From a virus (Duplodnaviria; Heunggongvirae; Uroviricota; Caudoviricetes), in the IMG/VR virus record IMGVR_UViG_3300027759_003944: 58,609 bases of DNA; one strand, 5' to 3'. A program made the translations under genes and the position numbers. Numbering within the stretch: position 1 is the stretch's first letter; each line of letters begins with the position of its first letter. Below the pieces are notes generated by a model. It searched no databases. It had not been told where the DNA came from and worked only from the letters and a program-made list of their open reading frames with translations. Shown here one piece after another: positions 27,712-36,974 of the stretch.

Positions 27712-28663
27712 ACAAGAACTAGCACCGTTGTTACAACACGAACTTGACCTAGCACCACCTGAAGTCAAAGAATTATTTTATGACTTATTAAAATACCGTG
27801 TGGATCCAGCAGGAGACTATTATGGCCTGGACTTGGAAACATTGACTAAAAAAATTCAAACCTTAGACAATAATACCATACATGCCATTGACAGTGAATT
27901 TAGATATGCAGAAAAGGGAAAAATGTTTGATCCTATATTACAAAGTTTTACCATGGGATGTGGTGGCCAAATAACCAATTGGAGCAAGAGTGAGCAGAGC
28001 ATGGTGCCAGTGGTGTTGCGTGGTATTACCAAACGCAAACAAATGGATGCTTGCCGTGCTGTCGGCAGAGATTTTTATTACATAGATACTGGATACTTTG
28101 GAAACGCCAAAAAAAAATCCTTTCATCGAGTGACTCGTAACGATGTACAAAACTTTGGTCCTATTATAGATCGTCCCAGAGACAGACTGGGTGTAACAGG
28201 ATTTCAACCACGCAAGTTCTATCGTGGTAGCAAAATACTCTTGGCTCCTCCCAGTCAAAAGTTGTTGAATCTTTATGACATAGATCTAGAACAATGGTTG
28301 GACAATGTTCTCAAAGATCTTGCTGGCAGAACAGATCGCGAAGTTGTTGTGCGCCGCAAGCCTGGCCGTACAGCCAGAACCAGTGATGATTCAATGGCAC
28401 ATGCCCTGGAACAAGACATACATTGTTTGATAACATTCTCAAGCATTGCTGCTGGTGAAGCCTTGCTCAATGGCAAACCTGCTATCACACTTGGACCTAA
28501 CGCAGCCGCAGCATTGTGCAGCCAAACATTGGATGCTGTAAATGATCCTTATGTGCCCACACTAGACGAAGTAGAGCGTTGGGCAGCACACATTGCTTAT
28601 TGTCAATTTACCGAAGCAGAAATGCGCAACGGTACAGCATGGAGAATTTTGCAGGGTGGTTGA
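27704..28663 (+). CDS. Putative GT-B glycosyltransferase, capsule-synthesis (KpsC/S)-like paralog 1
   Basis: YIDTGYFG, ILLAPP, VVVRRKP, ITFSSIAAGEALLNGKP, YCQFT. Confidence 0.55.
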   Translation: MDEQELAPLLQHELDLAPPEVKELFYDLLKYRVDPAGDYYGLDLETLTKKIQTLDNNTIHAIDSEFRYAEKGKMFDPILQSFTMGCGGQITNWSKSEQSMVPVVLRGITKRKQMDACRAVGRDFYYIDTGYFGNAKKKSFHRVTRNDVQNFGPIIDRPRDRLGVTGFQPRKFYRGSKILLAPPSQKLLNLYDIDLEQWLDNVLKDLAGRTDREVVVRRKPGRTARTSDDSMAHALEQDIHCLITFSSIAAGEALLNGKPAITLGPNAAAALCSQTLDAVNDPYVPTLDEVERWAAHIAYCQFTEAEMRNGTAWRILQGG

Positions 28664-29579
28664 TGTTGTAGTGTACATTAGCAGTGTGGCTAATCCGCAG
28701 AAACATTCCAGAAAAATACAATGCCTGGAAAGTTTTGCTGATGGTGTGAGAGCGGTTGGCCACACAGTCAACATAGAATGGGAACACAAATATACCCCCA
28801 GTAAACTAGCAGTGATGTTGGGCTGGGCTACCACAAACACTGGTGGCCGCAATATTGCACTAAGAAAACAAATCATTCCTGAACAGCGCAGACTGGGATT
28901 TCAAACCATGTGTATAGATGCGTCATGTTGGAAGTATCTTGACGATCACGGCAACTACTTGCGATACAGTCTAAATGGTCCATTCTATGACCGTGCTGAA
29001 TATGCCAACCGCAACAGTGATGCTACCAAATGGTTAGAAATAAGTCGTACACTAGGGGTACAGTTGAACCCAGTCAAGGTCAACTCAGCAGGGCATATCT
29101 TGATCTGCATGCAACGAGATGGCGGGTTTGCGATGAAAACTCTGGACCCAATGACTTGGTTGCATGAAAAAATACATCAAATCAGAGCAGTGAGCAGTAG
29201 ACAGATTTATGTGCGTCCACATCCTGGTCAATACAGCATGGCAGACTTTGCTATGTACAACAGCAAAATGGGCAAGAGACAAAACGTGGTCATACTAGAG
29301 CCTACTCAAAGTCGTTTGATTGACAATTTGCAAGGCGCACATTCAGCAGTGTTCTTTAACAGCAGTGCCAGCGTGGCAGCGGCATGCGAAGGTATCCCTG
29401 TATTTGCAGATGATTCAAGTTGTGTGGCCTGGGCAGTGGCCAACAAGGATGTCTCTAAAATTGAAACACCAGAAACATTCTCCAGAGAACAATGGATGTA
29501 CGATCTAGCAGCCGCACACTGGAGCGACGCGGATGCCCGTGCAGGGCGTGTCTATCAAAAGTTTTTGCCTTACTTGTAA
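28656..29579 (+). CDS. Putative GT-B glycosyltransferase paralog 2
   Basis: ILICMQ, IYVRPHP, FFNSSASVAAACEGIPVF; GTG start overlapping the previous stop. Confidence 0.55.
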   Translation: MVDVVVYISSVANPQKHSRKIQCLESFADGVRAVGHTVNIEWEHKYTPSKLAVMLGWATTNTGGRNIALRKQIIPEQRRLGFQTMCIDASCWKYLDDHGNYLRYSLNGPFYDRAEYANRNSDATKWLEISRTLGVQLNPVKVNSAGHILICMQRDGGFAMKTLDPMTWLHEKIHQIRAVSSRQIYVRPHPGQYSMADFAMYNSKMGKRQNVVILEPTQSRLIDNLQGAHSAVFFNSSASVAAACEGIPVFADDSSCVAWAVANKDVSKIETPETFSREQWMYDLAAAHWSDADARAGRVYQKFLPYL

Positions 29580-30364
29580 ATCTGATAAGCTTCAACCAAG
29601 TCGGCCACAGATTCTGTACAATCAGTAAATTCCCAGATATGAAACTGACTCCAACAAACATGATCCCACCAGTCTGTTCTATCCGGGTATTGTCTGTCAA
29701 ACAAATTTTCCAACCCTCCCATGAGCAAGGTAGTAATTGACAAGTCTACGGTGTATGCGGGCACACCCGACAACACTGCCTCTGCACAGGCCATAGTGCG
29801 TTCTCCAACCACGGCATGTGCTCGAGTCATTTGATTTTGAAAATTTTGAAATCTTAACGATTTGTCCCCAGCCTTTTTACGCCACATGATAGGACCGTCC
29901 CAGTATTTTTTAATTTCTTGTGCAATTTCATCACACCATTGCACCAATGTGATACCTCGACGCTGAATCAATATTTCGTTGACAGGCATGGGTACTAGCA
30001 CATATTCTCCAGGTGTGTGTTTCCACTCTTGCTGCTCAGGTTTTTGAAACAACTGTGTTCTTGGCCAAGGACGTATGCGCATGTTCATATTATGATGCCC
30101 ACAATAGGTAACTCTACGAGTATTACGCCTGGGAATGTCTTCTCCCCAGTAACCAAAATCAATTTCAATCCAAGGACGACCAGCCTCAATCCACTCTTTG
30201 AGTGGACTCCACCAAGGTGCAAAATGGCTCACTACCAATATATGATCTTCAGGAATGTCTTCGATCAAATCAAATATTTTTAGTCCTTTAAGCCGCCAAG
30301 GTTCCAAGGTCCATCTTTCATGGTCACCTTTGACTGCTGGTGACCATGCGTATTTTATTTCCAC
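29570..30364 (-). CDS. Putative GT-B glycosyltransferase paralog 3
   Basis: IDFGYWG, VLVPMP, IMWRKK, EAVLSGVPAY, WSQF; GTG start chosen. Confidence 0.55.
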   Translation of the reverse strand: MEIKYAWSPAVKGDHERWTLEPWRLKGLKIFDLIEDIPEDHILVVSHFAPWWSPLKEWIEAGRPWIEIDFGYWGEDIPRRNTRRVTYCGHHNMNMRIRPWPRTQLFQKPEQQEWKHTPGEYVLVPMPVNEILIQRRGITLVQWCDEIAQEIKKYWDGPIMWRKKAGDKSLRFQNFQNQMTRAHAVVGERTMACAEAVLSGVPAYTVDLSITTLLMGGLENLFDRQYPDRTDWWDHVCWSQFHIWEFTDCTESVADLVEAYQIYK

Positions 30365-31005
30365 CCCATGATCCAGTCGTCTTTGACTTGATCCAGACGT
30401 ATCATACCCCATGACCGCATGAGTTCGATGGCAGCATGTTGAGCATACTGATCACTGTAGGCATCGTGAGGCTTTTGCTCTACCACCACAACAGGACGAC
30501 ATCTTTTGATAGTTGCTTCGGCACCTTGCAAGATACGATACTCGTAGCCTTCGCAGTCCATTTTGATATAGTCTACTGTGTCTAAGTCTAGATCATCCAG
30601 TCGGTATACTTCGGTATCTCCTTGCCCTAGTGTAGCAGGATCGATGTGGGTGTGGCCGGTATTGCCTTCTGTAATGATCATGGTGGCAGTTGTGCGCTGG
30701 TCCCCTAATGCAAAGTCTTTGACCTGCAGGTTGTCAGCAGCAACATTTCGAATCAAGCACTCGCGGAACATGGCCACAGGTTCAAATGCCAGTACTGTGC
30801 GGAAGTTCTTGCAAAGGCTACGACTCCACAAGCCCACGTTGGCGCCAATGTCCAAGGCAACACCACGTTGTTTGACATAGGTCATACTACGGTCCCTTAC
30901 TTGATATTGATATTCAGCAGGTCCACCTTTGTCTATGCTTTTTTTCAGCATCTTTGGAAAATGTGATTCGGCATCTGGAAACCACCACCCTTGGTATTCA
31001 TACAT
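30355..31005 (-). CDS. FkbM-family methyltransferase
   Basis: ALDIGANVG, AFEP, ALG, RLDD, IKMDCEGYE, ILQGA. Confidence 0.9.
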   Translation of the reverse strand: MYEYQGWWFPDAESHFPKMLKKSIDKGGPAEYQYQVRDRSMTYVKQRGVALDIGANVGLWSRSLCKNFRTVLAFEPVAMFRECLIRNVAADNLQVKDFALGDQRTTATMIITEGNTGHTHIDPATLGQGDTEVYRLDDLDLDTVDYIKMDCEGYEYRILQGAEATIKRCRPVVVVEQKPHDAYSDQYAQHAAIELMRSWGMIRLDQVKDDWIMGWK

Positions 31006-31020
31006 TTGATATCTCCTTGT

Positions 31021-31716
31021 TTATTGTTGATTTGACAAAAATTTTGTATTTCTAGTCAGTGACATTGCGTGAATGTTATCGTCTACAGCATAGAATGGAT
31101 GCAATCTTGCCATGGTTGGCCAGCAAGTTTCTATACATGCTACCCGTGTGCCCAATTGATGATCTGATGGCAAAAATCCACGGTCAGCAATCCAGTCAAT
31201 TATGTTTTTTGCGGCATGGGGCTTGATGATGTATGCATAAGATCCCCAGGAATAAAAGCCAGCGTCATTGTGTAATTTTTCATTGTGGTTGATTTCAGTT
31301 ATCTCTAGGCCACAATCATCATGGAATGAATCTTCTATGATTTTTGAGTACTCTAGATCGTAAGGATTCAATGAATCTAATTTCAAAATGTCTTGAAATC
31401 TATCTAAAATATCATCGGGCAATGGCCTAATAAAGTAACCATCATGTTCCAGTATTATTATGGGTTCATTTAGTTCTACGCATTTTGACCAAAGATAGTA
31501 ATGGCTCAACAAACAGCCATACACTCCTGGCAGGCCTTTTTTAAAAAATTTCAACGGCCGTATGTTTAACTTTTCGCAATGTGTTTGATGTTCAAGGCCA
31601 TTCACAGCATCAAAATATTCAACATCTATGTTGAATGTTCGGGCTTGTTCCACACAGTCCTGGGCCTGTTGTTCAGAAATTTTATTGTGTTTCAATCTAA
31701 TTATAAACGATTTCAT
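31021..31716 (-). CDS. Glycosyltransferase family 25
   Basis: FDAVNG, GCLLSHYYLW, ILEHD, GSYAYII. Confidence 0.85.
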   Translation of the reverse strand: MKSFIIRLKHNKISEQQAQDCVEQARTFNIDVEYFDAVNGLEHQTHCEKLNIRPLKFFKKGLPGVYGCLLSHYYLWSKCVELNEPIIILEHDGYFIRPLPDDILDRFQDILKLDSLNPYDLEYSKIIEDSFHDDCGLEITEINHNEKLHNDAGFYSWGSYAYIIKPHAAKNIIDWIADRGFLPSDHQLGTRVACIETCWPTMARLHPFYAVDDNIHAMSLTRNTKFLSNQQ

Positions 31717-31723
31717 AGTATGT

Positions 31724-32284
31724 TCAAACACAAATGGCTGCAATGCTGGAGTTATCTAACCAATACAAACTGGAAACTTTTTTGTTGCTAAATTTATTGA
31801 TGGTATTCTTCAAGGTATATGGGCTGTACCAACAGTTGTGATCAGCATGCACCAGTTCACTAAATCCATCAGCAGTTTCTTCAAAATTCTTTTGCAACAA
31901 GTATGCATCCGGTGCAGTAACAATCAAAGTACCAGTGTAGTTATTTAATGTGGCAAAAAAATCAGCCACATTGCTCACATGTTCAATCACTTCTGGTACC
32001 AAAATCACATCATAGTCATTGGGAACCTGATCCCAATCCGAAAAAATATCACCATTGGGCACACGTAATTTTTCTGCTGGTTCAATATTGGCATCTATAC
32101 CATCCAATCTAGCACACCAAGGCGCTATCACAAGATGCAGAGTTTTATCTGCTGAAATCTTTTTTGGCCAATCCACAAATCCCACATGCAAAACTTTTTT
32201 ACCCATCAGTAGTGGCTGAAAAAAACCTAATCTACTGCTGTGGCGATGTGTTTGATCTACTGACAACAGTGGTCTACTGCCCAT
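31724..32284 (-). CDS. Methyltransferase-like protein
   Basis: KVLHVG, DGID, YDVILVPEVIEHV, IVTAP. Confidence 0.7.
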   Translation of the reverse strand: MGSRPLLSVDQTHRHSSRLGFFQPLLMGKKVLHVGFVDWPKKISADKTLHLVIAPWCARLDGIDANIEPAEKLRVPNGDIFSDWDQVPNDYDVILVPEVIEHVSNVADFFATLNNYTGTLIVTAPDAYLLQKNFEETADGFSELVHADHNCWYSPYTLKNTINKFSNKKVSSLYWLDNSSIAAICV

Positions 32285-33080
32285 ACAGCATTTCCTCTGT
32301 TGCTCTAAGTATCTTTTCTGCTCGACCGTTCTTGAATTCATCTATATGAAACTGACCATAAGCCAAATGATATGCCCAGGCCAACACCTGATCTCGATCT
32401 GGAAACCAAGGTTTGTCTATGCAAGCCAAGTCTGTGTTGCTTACTGGTCTGGCAGCATTTGATGGTGCCATGGCAAACACGGGCACACCTGCTAGGATGG
32501 CTTCTGTGCCTGCTATTGAGTTGAACGTTACAACAGCATGCACATCATCCAAGGCTCGCTCCACACGATTTGTTTTTCTATCAGTGCGACTCCGATTGCG
32601 TTCACGTACGACAATGGGACGATCAGTGTGTTGTTGGATAGTGGCCACAGTCTCCGCCAACCAAGTGTCTAGTTCTATGTCGTAAAACTTGCAAGGCTTT
32701 TCATCAGGTGCCACAATTAATATTTGACTGCCACCACGGCGATTGGCTGCCTCTAATCCCAGTTGATTCCAACGATCACTGGGTCGTGGAATAACTTGAT
32801 CATGTTGTAGATTGTTGGGCACAATCCTGTGCCAATGTTTCCAACCGTGAGGATTTTTAAAACCAGGACGATTGCCCAAGTATCCCGAATCCATGTATCT
32901 AAATGGTCTTTTATCTGCCCAGCACTGTTTGATGATCTTGTGCTTCATTATGCCACGTAGCATGAGTGGCTCGTCGCTGTCCTCATAACGCCAAGATTCC
33001 AGGGGCGTACTCTCAAGCCCAAGCCCATGTGCATACATGTCAATGTATTCGTCATCGCCATTCTTGCTTAAAAATATCAT
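32274..33080 (-). CDS. Putative GT-B glycosyltransferase paralog 4
   Basis: YMDSGYLG, ILIVAP, IVVRER, VTFNSIAGTEAILAGVPVF, YGQF. Confidence 0.55.
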   Translation of the reverse strand: MIFLSKNGDDEYIDMYAHGLGLESTPLESWRYEDSDEPLMLRGIMKHKIIKQCWADKRPFRYMDSGYLGNRPGFKNPHGWKHWHRIVPNNLQHDQVIPRPSDRWNQLGLEAANRRGGSQILIVAPDEKPCKFYDIELDTWLAETVATIQQHTDRPIVVRERNRSRTDRKTNRVERALDDVHAVVTFNSIAGTEAILAGVPVFAMAPSNAARPVSNTDLACIDKPWFPDRDQVLAWAYHLAYGQFHIDEFKNGRAEKILRATEEMLYGQ

Positions 33081-33859
33081 TGCCAGTATTTTTCAGTGCG
33101 TCGGACCACAAGGTCTTTGAGTTTGCTACGGCCATCGCCCTTGCGTTTGCCTTTGAGATGGTCAATGTATGCACCCCATTCACAGTTGATCAGCGGATGA
33201 CCTTCGCCGTTGATCAGGCCGGCTGACCAGTTTAGTTCTGCTAGTCCGCTACGATTCTTAACATCATCGAACACATAACTGTCATGCCATTCTGACAGTC
33301 GGAATATACCGTTTTCGGCATCGTCATACATACGTTGGAACTCTGCCAAGAACTTTTGTATGGGGTCACGCCGCAAGTTCATGCCGTACAAGCCACATTC
33401 AGAGAACTTGTTGCTACGACCTGCATAACACAGTTCTCGATCATCTGGAAAGAATTGTGCAATACGCGGTACAGTGATTGGGCTGTGGCACACCATGTCG
33501 GCATCCATCCAAATTAGCCAATCTGTAGTGGCATGCCGGGCAGCATGAAATATGGCATACACTTTGTGAGCAAAACGCACTGCTTGCCATTTGAATGCTT
33601 TGCGTTCACTGCCTGGACCAATGTCCCCATTGGCCTTGGGCACGTTGCGCCATTTGTTCTTAAATGTCACAAGGTCTGCACTAACCCCTTCCAGATCCAG
33701 CACTTGCAAGTTGGGCGCAGTTTCAGTTACTACACAGCCCTCGGCGTACACTCGGAGCAGGATATCTTTGGGCCATGTGGCCAAAAATGTTTGAATCATT
33801 CGCCGACCATAAGTCTTATAACCTTCGGCGTTAAAAGTGGTAACTACAGTGTATTTCAT
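33077..33859 (-). CDS. GT-A-like glycosyltransferase
   Basis: RFAHKVYA, LIWMDADM (DxD), ECG, WHDSYVF, DHLKG; TAAATA 5 nt upstream on the minus strand. Confidence 0.65.
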   Translation of the reverse strand: MKYTVVTTFNAEGYKTYGRRMIQTFLATWPKDILLRVYAEGCVVTETAPNLQVLDLEGVSADLVTFKNKWRNVPKANGDIGPGSERKAFKWQAVRFAHKVYAIFHAARHATTDWLIWMDADMVCHSPITVPRIAQFFPDDRELCYAGRSNKFSECGLYGMNLRRDPIQKFLAEFQRMYDDAENGIFRLSEWHDSYVFDDVKNRSGLAELNWSAGLINGEGHPLINCEWGAYIDHLKGKRKGDGRSKLKDLVVRRTEKYWQ

Positions 33860-33872
33860 AGACGTATTTACA

Positions 33873-34724
33873 GTGATCAAAACCATAGCCTATTTTCCTG
33901 CCCAATGTGCGCTAAACAGCAAGCCTGTAATGAGTGCATTTTTGGATTGTTGTCAGGCCTCGGGCATACAAACACAAGAGAACTCCATGACTGCAGATGC
34001 GGCAGTGATTTGGTCAGTGCTGTGGCATGGTAGAATGCGCCCCAATCAAGGAGTGTATGAACACTACCGCAGTCAAAACAAGCCGGTGATTGTGATAGAC
34101 ATTGGTGCGCTGTATCGTGGGCAAACTTGGAAATTGGCAGTGAACCACATCACTCGGGATGGCTATTACGGTCATGAACACGATTTGGATCTGGGTCGTC
34201 CTAGACAATTGCAAATAAGTCTAGCCACCCAGCTAAACCCAGGTCCTGAAATCATTATTGCTGCACAACATCGAAACAGTCTGCAAGTGGACGGGCTTGG
34301 CAGCATGGAAGACTGGGTATTGATGCAAATTCAACAACTACGCAACTCAACTGATCGTCCCATACGTATACGTGCGCACCCTCGCTCACCATTACGCATG
34401 CCATACCTGCCCAAAAACGTCACAATGGAAGTTGCACGTCCTGTGGTCAACACTTACGACAGTTTTGACATGCACTTTAACTGTCATGCTGTAGTCAATC
34501 ACAATTCGGGACCGGGTATACAAGCAGGCATTGCAGGGTGCAGACCCATTGTGGCACACAGCAGCCTGGCATATCCTGTGGCAGTGGGTATGCCTGACAT
34601 TGAACAACCCTATGAAGTAGACAGAGAACTGTGGTTAGCAAAGATATGCCACACTGAATACACTGTGCAAGAACTACGAGAAGGACTATGGCTAAAAAGA
34701 ATCGAGCCCGCACTGACAGCATGA
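33873..34724 (+). CDS. Putative GT-B glycosyltransferase paralog 5
   Basis: VIDIG, IIIAAQ, IRIRAHPR, VNHNSGPGIQAGIAG, HTEY; GTG start. Confidence 0.55.
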   Translation: MIKTIAYFPAQCALNSKPVMSAFLDCCQASGIQTQENSMTADAAVIWSVLWHGRMRPNQGVYEHYRSQNKPVIVIDIGALYRGQTWKLAVNHITRDGYYGHEHDLDLGRPRQLQISLATQLNPGPEIIIAAQHRNSLQVDGLGSMEDWVLMQIQQLRNSTDRPIRIRAHPRSPLRMPYLPKNVTMEVARPVVNTYDSFDMHFNCHAVVNHNSGPGIQAGIAGCRPIVAHSSLAYPVAVGMPDIEQPYEVDRELWLAKICHTEYTVQELREGLWLKRIEPALTA

Positions 34725-35437
34725 CTGATTGTGCATGTGTGATCCATGGCACTGGTTACGACTGGGTGTACGTGGAAAAACTATACAACATGTTGTCACG
34801 TCATTTACCTGATGGTATACGTTTTCATGTTTATACTGAAGCAGATAGGCCAGTGCCACCACACATGATCAAGCATGTGGTGAAAGAATGGCCGGGTATT
34901 TCGGGACCCAAGCGTGAATGGTGGTACAAGATGCAGTTGTTCAATCCTGAGCATCACTCAGGCAACTTGTTGTACTTTGATCTTGATTGTGTGATCATAA
35001 ATGATTTGAGTTGGATTCCAGCATTGAGTACAGAATGCTTTTGGACCATTAGAGACTTTAGATATCTTCAACGCAAAACATATTCAGGAATGAATAGCAG
35101 TGTGATGTGGTGGAATGTTGCCCGGTATGCACATGTGTGGCACGACTTTGATCAATTGGATATCAACAGAACAGTTGTAAAATACCCCGGCGACCAAGAT
35201 TACTTGGGAGTGGTAATTGATCCCAATCAACGCAGACACTTTGATCAGCACCATTTACAAAGTTGGCGCTGGCAAGTGAGTGATGGCGGATATAATTTTG
35301 CCACAAGAAAACCCAATGCACCAGGTGCTGGGGCAAATGCCTACATTGGTGGCGAAACAAGTATATTGGTATTTCATGGCCGTCCCAAGCCGCATGAATG
35401 TACCAGCGATCCTGTAATTGCAAACAACTGGTGCTAG
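34721..35437 (+). CDS. GT-A-like glycosyltransferase
   Basis: WWYKMQLF, YFDLDCVI (DxD), NSSVM, GDQDY, VFHGRPKP. Confidence 0.7.
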   Translation: MTDCACVIHGTGYDWVYVEKLYNMLSRHLPDGIRFHVYTEADRPVPPHMIKHVVKEWPGISGPKREWWYKMQLFNPEHHSGNLLYFDLDCVIINDLSWIPALSTECFWTIRDFRYLQRKTYSGMNSSVMWWNVARYAHVWHDFDQLDINRTVVKYPGDQDYLGVVIDPNQRRHFDQHHLQSWRWQVSDGGYNFATRKPNAPGAGANAYIGGETSILVFHGRPKPHECTSDPVIANNWC

Positions 35438-35484
35438 GTAATACTTAGGTAGTACTTGACCAGAAATTCCCTTTTTGTTATACT
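35438..35484 (+). promoter_or_regulatory. Sigma70-type early promoter with upstream GTAATACTTAGGTAGTAC element (copy 1)
   Basis: TTGACC(35456)-17 nt-TATACT(35479). Confidence 0.8.
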
Positions 35485-35514
35485 AGTGGCATACAAAGCA
35501 AAAAGGAGCCAGCA

Positions 35515-35724
35515 ATGGGATATCGTGTAGTTGACACTGTGGACATGATGCGTGACAAATACGGCCCTCGCAAGGGACTGGAAGGCCCGTTCAACTTCTC
35601 AGGTCGTGTGTTGTATTATGACAACAAACAGGGCCAGTACTACGATCCTGCCACTGATTTCTATGTGGAGCAGGCGGAAATGGACGAAATAAATACCCGT
35701 TTCTTTGAACAATTCAAAAAGTAA
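35515..35724 (+). CDS. Small hypothetical early protein
   Basis: 69 aa; AAGGAGCCAGCA RBS; GLEGPF...VLYYD...GQYYDP. Confidence 0.8.
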   Translation: MGYRVVDTVDMMRDKYGPRKGLEGPFNFSGRVLYYDNKQGQYYDPATDFYVEQAEMDEINTRFFEQFKK

Positions 35725-35767
35725 TACTTTGGTAGTACTTGACCATTAATTCAATATTTGCTATAAT
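35721..35767 (+). promoter_or_regulatory. Sigma70-type early promoter with upstream GTAATACTTTGGTAGTAC element (copy 2)
   Basis: TTGACC(35739)-17 nt-TATAAT(35762); 24/25 nt identical to copy 1 over the upstream element. Confidence 0.85.
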
Positions 35768-35810
35768 AGAGACATAAACAGTAAACAACCGCATTTCAAA
35801 GGAGCCAACA

Positions 35811-36839
35811 ATGAGTGCAATTCGTGTAATTAAAGGTGTGTATCGTAACAAACCCGTGCGCAACATCGCTTTCAATCTTGTGTCAGGCTTTCAGTCTGGT
35901 GCCAAAGGTAACTTCGTGACAGTAGAAAACAACGGTGCATTTCCCAACTGCCCCGACACCATCCGTATCAAAGTCAACAACATTAGCGACATCGAGTATG
36001 TCAATGGAGATGCAGTGAGCAAAGAAAATACAGTGGCGTTTGCCAAGCCCCCAGTAGAGGCAGAGACAGAAGAACAAATTATGACACGTATTCGTGAGCG
36101 TTTTGACATCTTGCATGAGATGACAAAGGCCTGTGTCAATGGTGACATTCGTGCTATGATTGTCAGCGGCCCTCCTGGCGTTGGTAAATCTTTTGGTGTT
36201 GAACAAGAGATTGAAAAAGCCACACTGTTTGACAAATTGGCAGGCAAGCGTCTCCGTGCCGAAGTTGTCAAAGGTTCAGCAACACCCATTGGCTTGTATC
36301 AAGCCCTGTACAAATATTCCGATGACAATTGTGTGTTGGTGTTTGATGACTGTGACAGCATTCTGCTTGATGACGTGGCATTGAACTTGCTGAAGGGCGC
36401 ATTGGACTCCGGCAAGAAGCGTACCATTTCATGGTTGTCAGAATCCTCAACTCTTCGTCGTGAAGGCATCCCAGATCGTTTCGAGTTCAAAGGCTCGGTG
36501 ATCTTTATTACCAACTTGAAGTTCGATCAAATGAAATCGCAAAAATTGCGTGATCACTTGGATGCATTGCAATCACGCTGTCACTACTTGGACTTGACAC
36601 TTGACACCATGCGTGACAAAGTGTTGCGTATCAAGCAGATTGCCAAAGACGGCGTGTTGTTTGCAGACTATGATTTTGAAGAGTGTGCTCAAGACGAGAT
36701 CATTGAGTTCATGGAAGCAAATCAGAACCGTTTGCGTGAGATGAGTTTGCGTATGGCATTGAAGATTGCAGACTTGCGCAAGAGTTTCGCAGGCAACTGG
36801 AAGCGTCTTGCAGAGACTACATGTATGAAGAGTGCCTAA
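35811..36839 (+). CDS. AAA+/P-loop ATPase
   Basis: GPPGVGKS Walker A, VFDDCD Walker B, FITN sensor 1, ALQSRC arginine finger. Confidence 0.85.
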   Translation: MSAIRVIKGVYRNKPVRNIAFNLVSGFQSGAKGNFVTVENNGAFPNCPDTIRIKVNNISDIEYVNGDAVSKENTVAFAKPPVEAETEEQIMTRIRERFDILHEMTKACVNGDIRAMIVSGPPGVGKSFGVEQEIEKATLFDKLAGKRLRAEVVKGSATPIGLYQALYKYSDDNCVLVFDDCDSILLDDVALNLLKGALDSGKKRTISWLSESSTLRREGIPDRFEFKGSVIFITNLKFDQMKSQKLRDHLDALQSRCHYLDLTLDTMRDKVLRIKQIAKDGVLFADYDFEECAQDEIIEFMEANQNRLREMSLRMALKIADLRKSFAGNWKRLAETTCMKSA

Positions 36840-36840
36840 C

Positions 36841-36930
36841 ATGGCCTGGCTTGCTGTGCTACTGTTAGTGTTTGTAGGCCATCCTGTGTTGGCATTGATA
36901 TTGGCATTTTTGATTTTGATGTCTGAATAA
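36841..36930 (+). CDS. Very small hydrophobic protein (29 aa)
   Basis: MAWLAVLLLVFVGHPVLALILAFLILMSE*; starts 1 nt after the ATPase stop; not in ORF track. Confidence 0.5.
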   Translation: MAWLAVLLLVFVGHPVLALILAFLILMSE

Positions 36931-36937
36931 TAATTTT

Positions 36938-36968
36938 ACCCCGGGGATTGGTTGGCTCCGCCCCGGGT
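36938..36968 (+). ncRNA. Candidate regulatory RNA hairpin with anti-RBS loop
   Basis: CCCGGGG/CCCCGGG stem; loop ATTGGTTGGCTCCG is complementary to GGAGCCAAC(A)AT at 35801. Confidence 0.45.
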
Positions 36969-36974
36969 TTTTAC

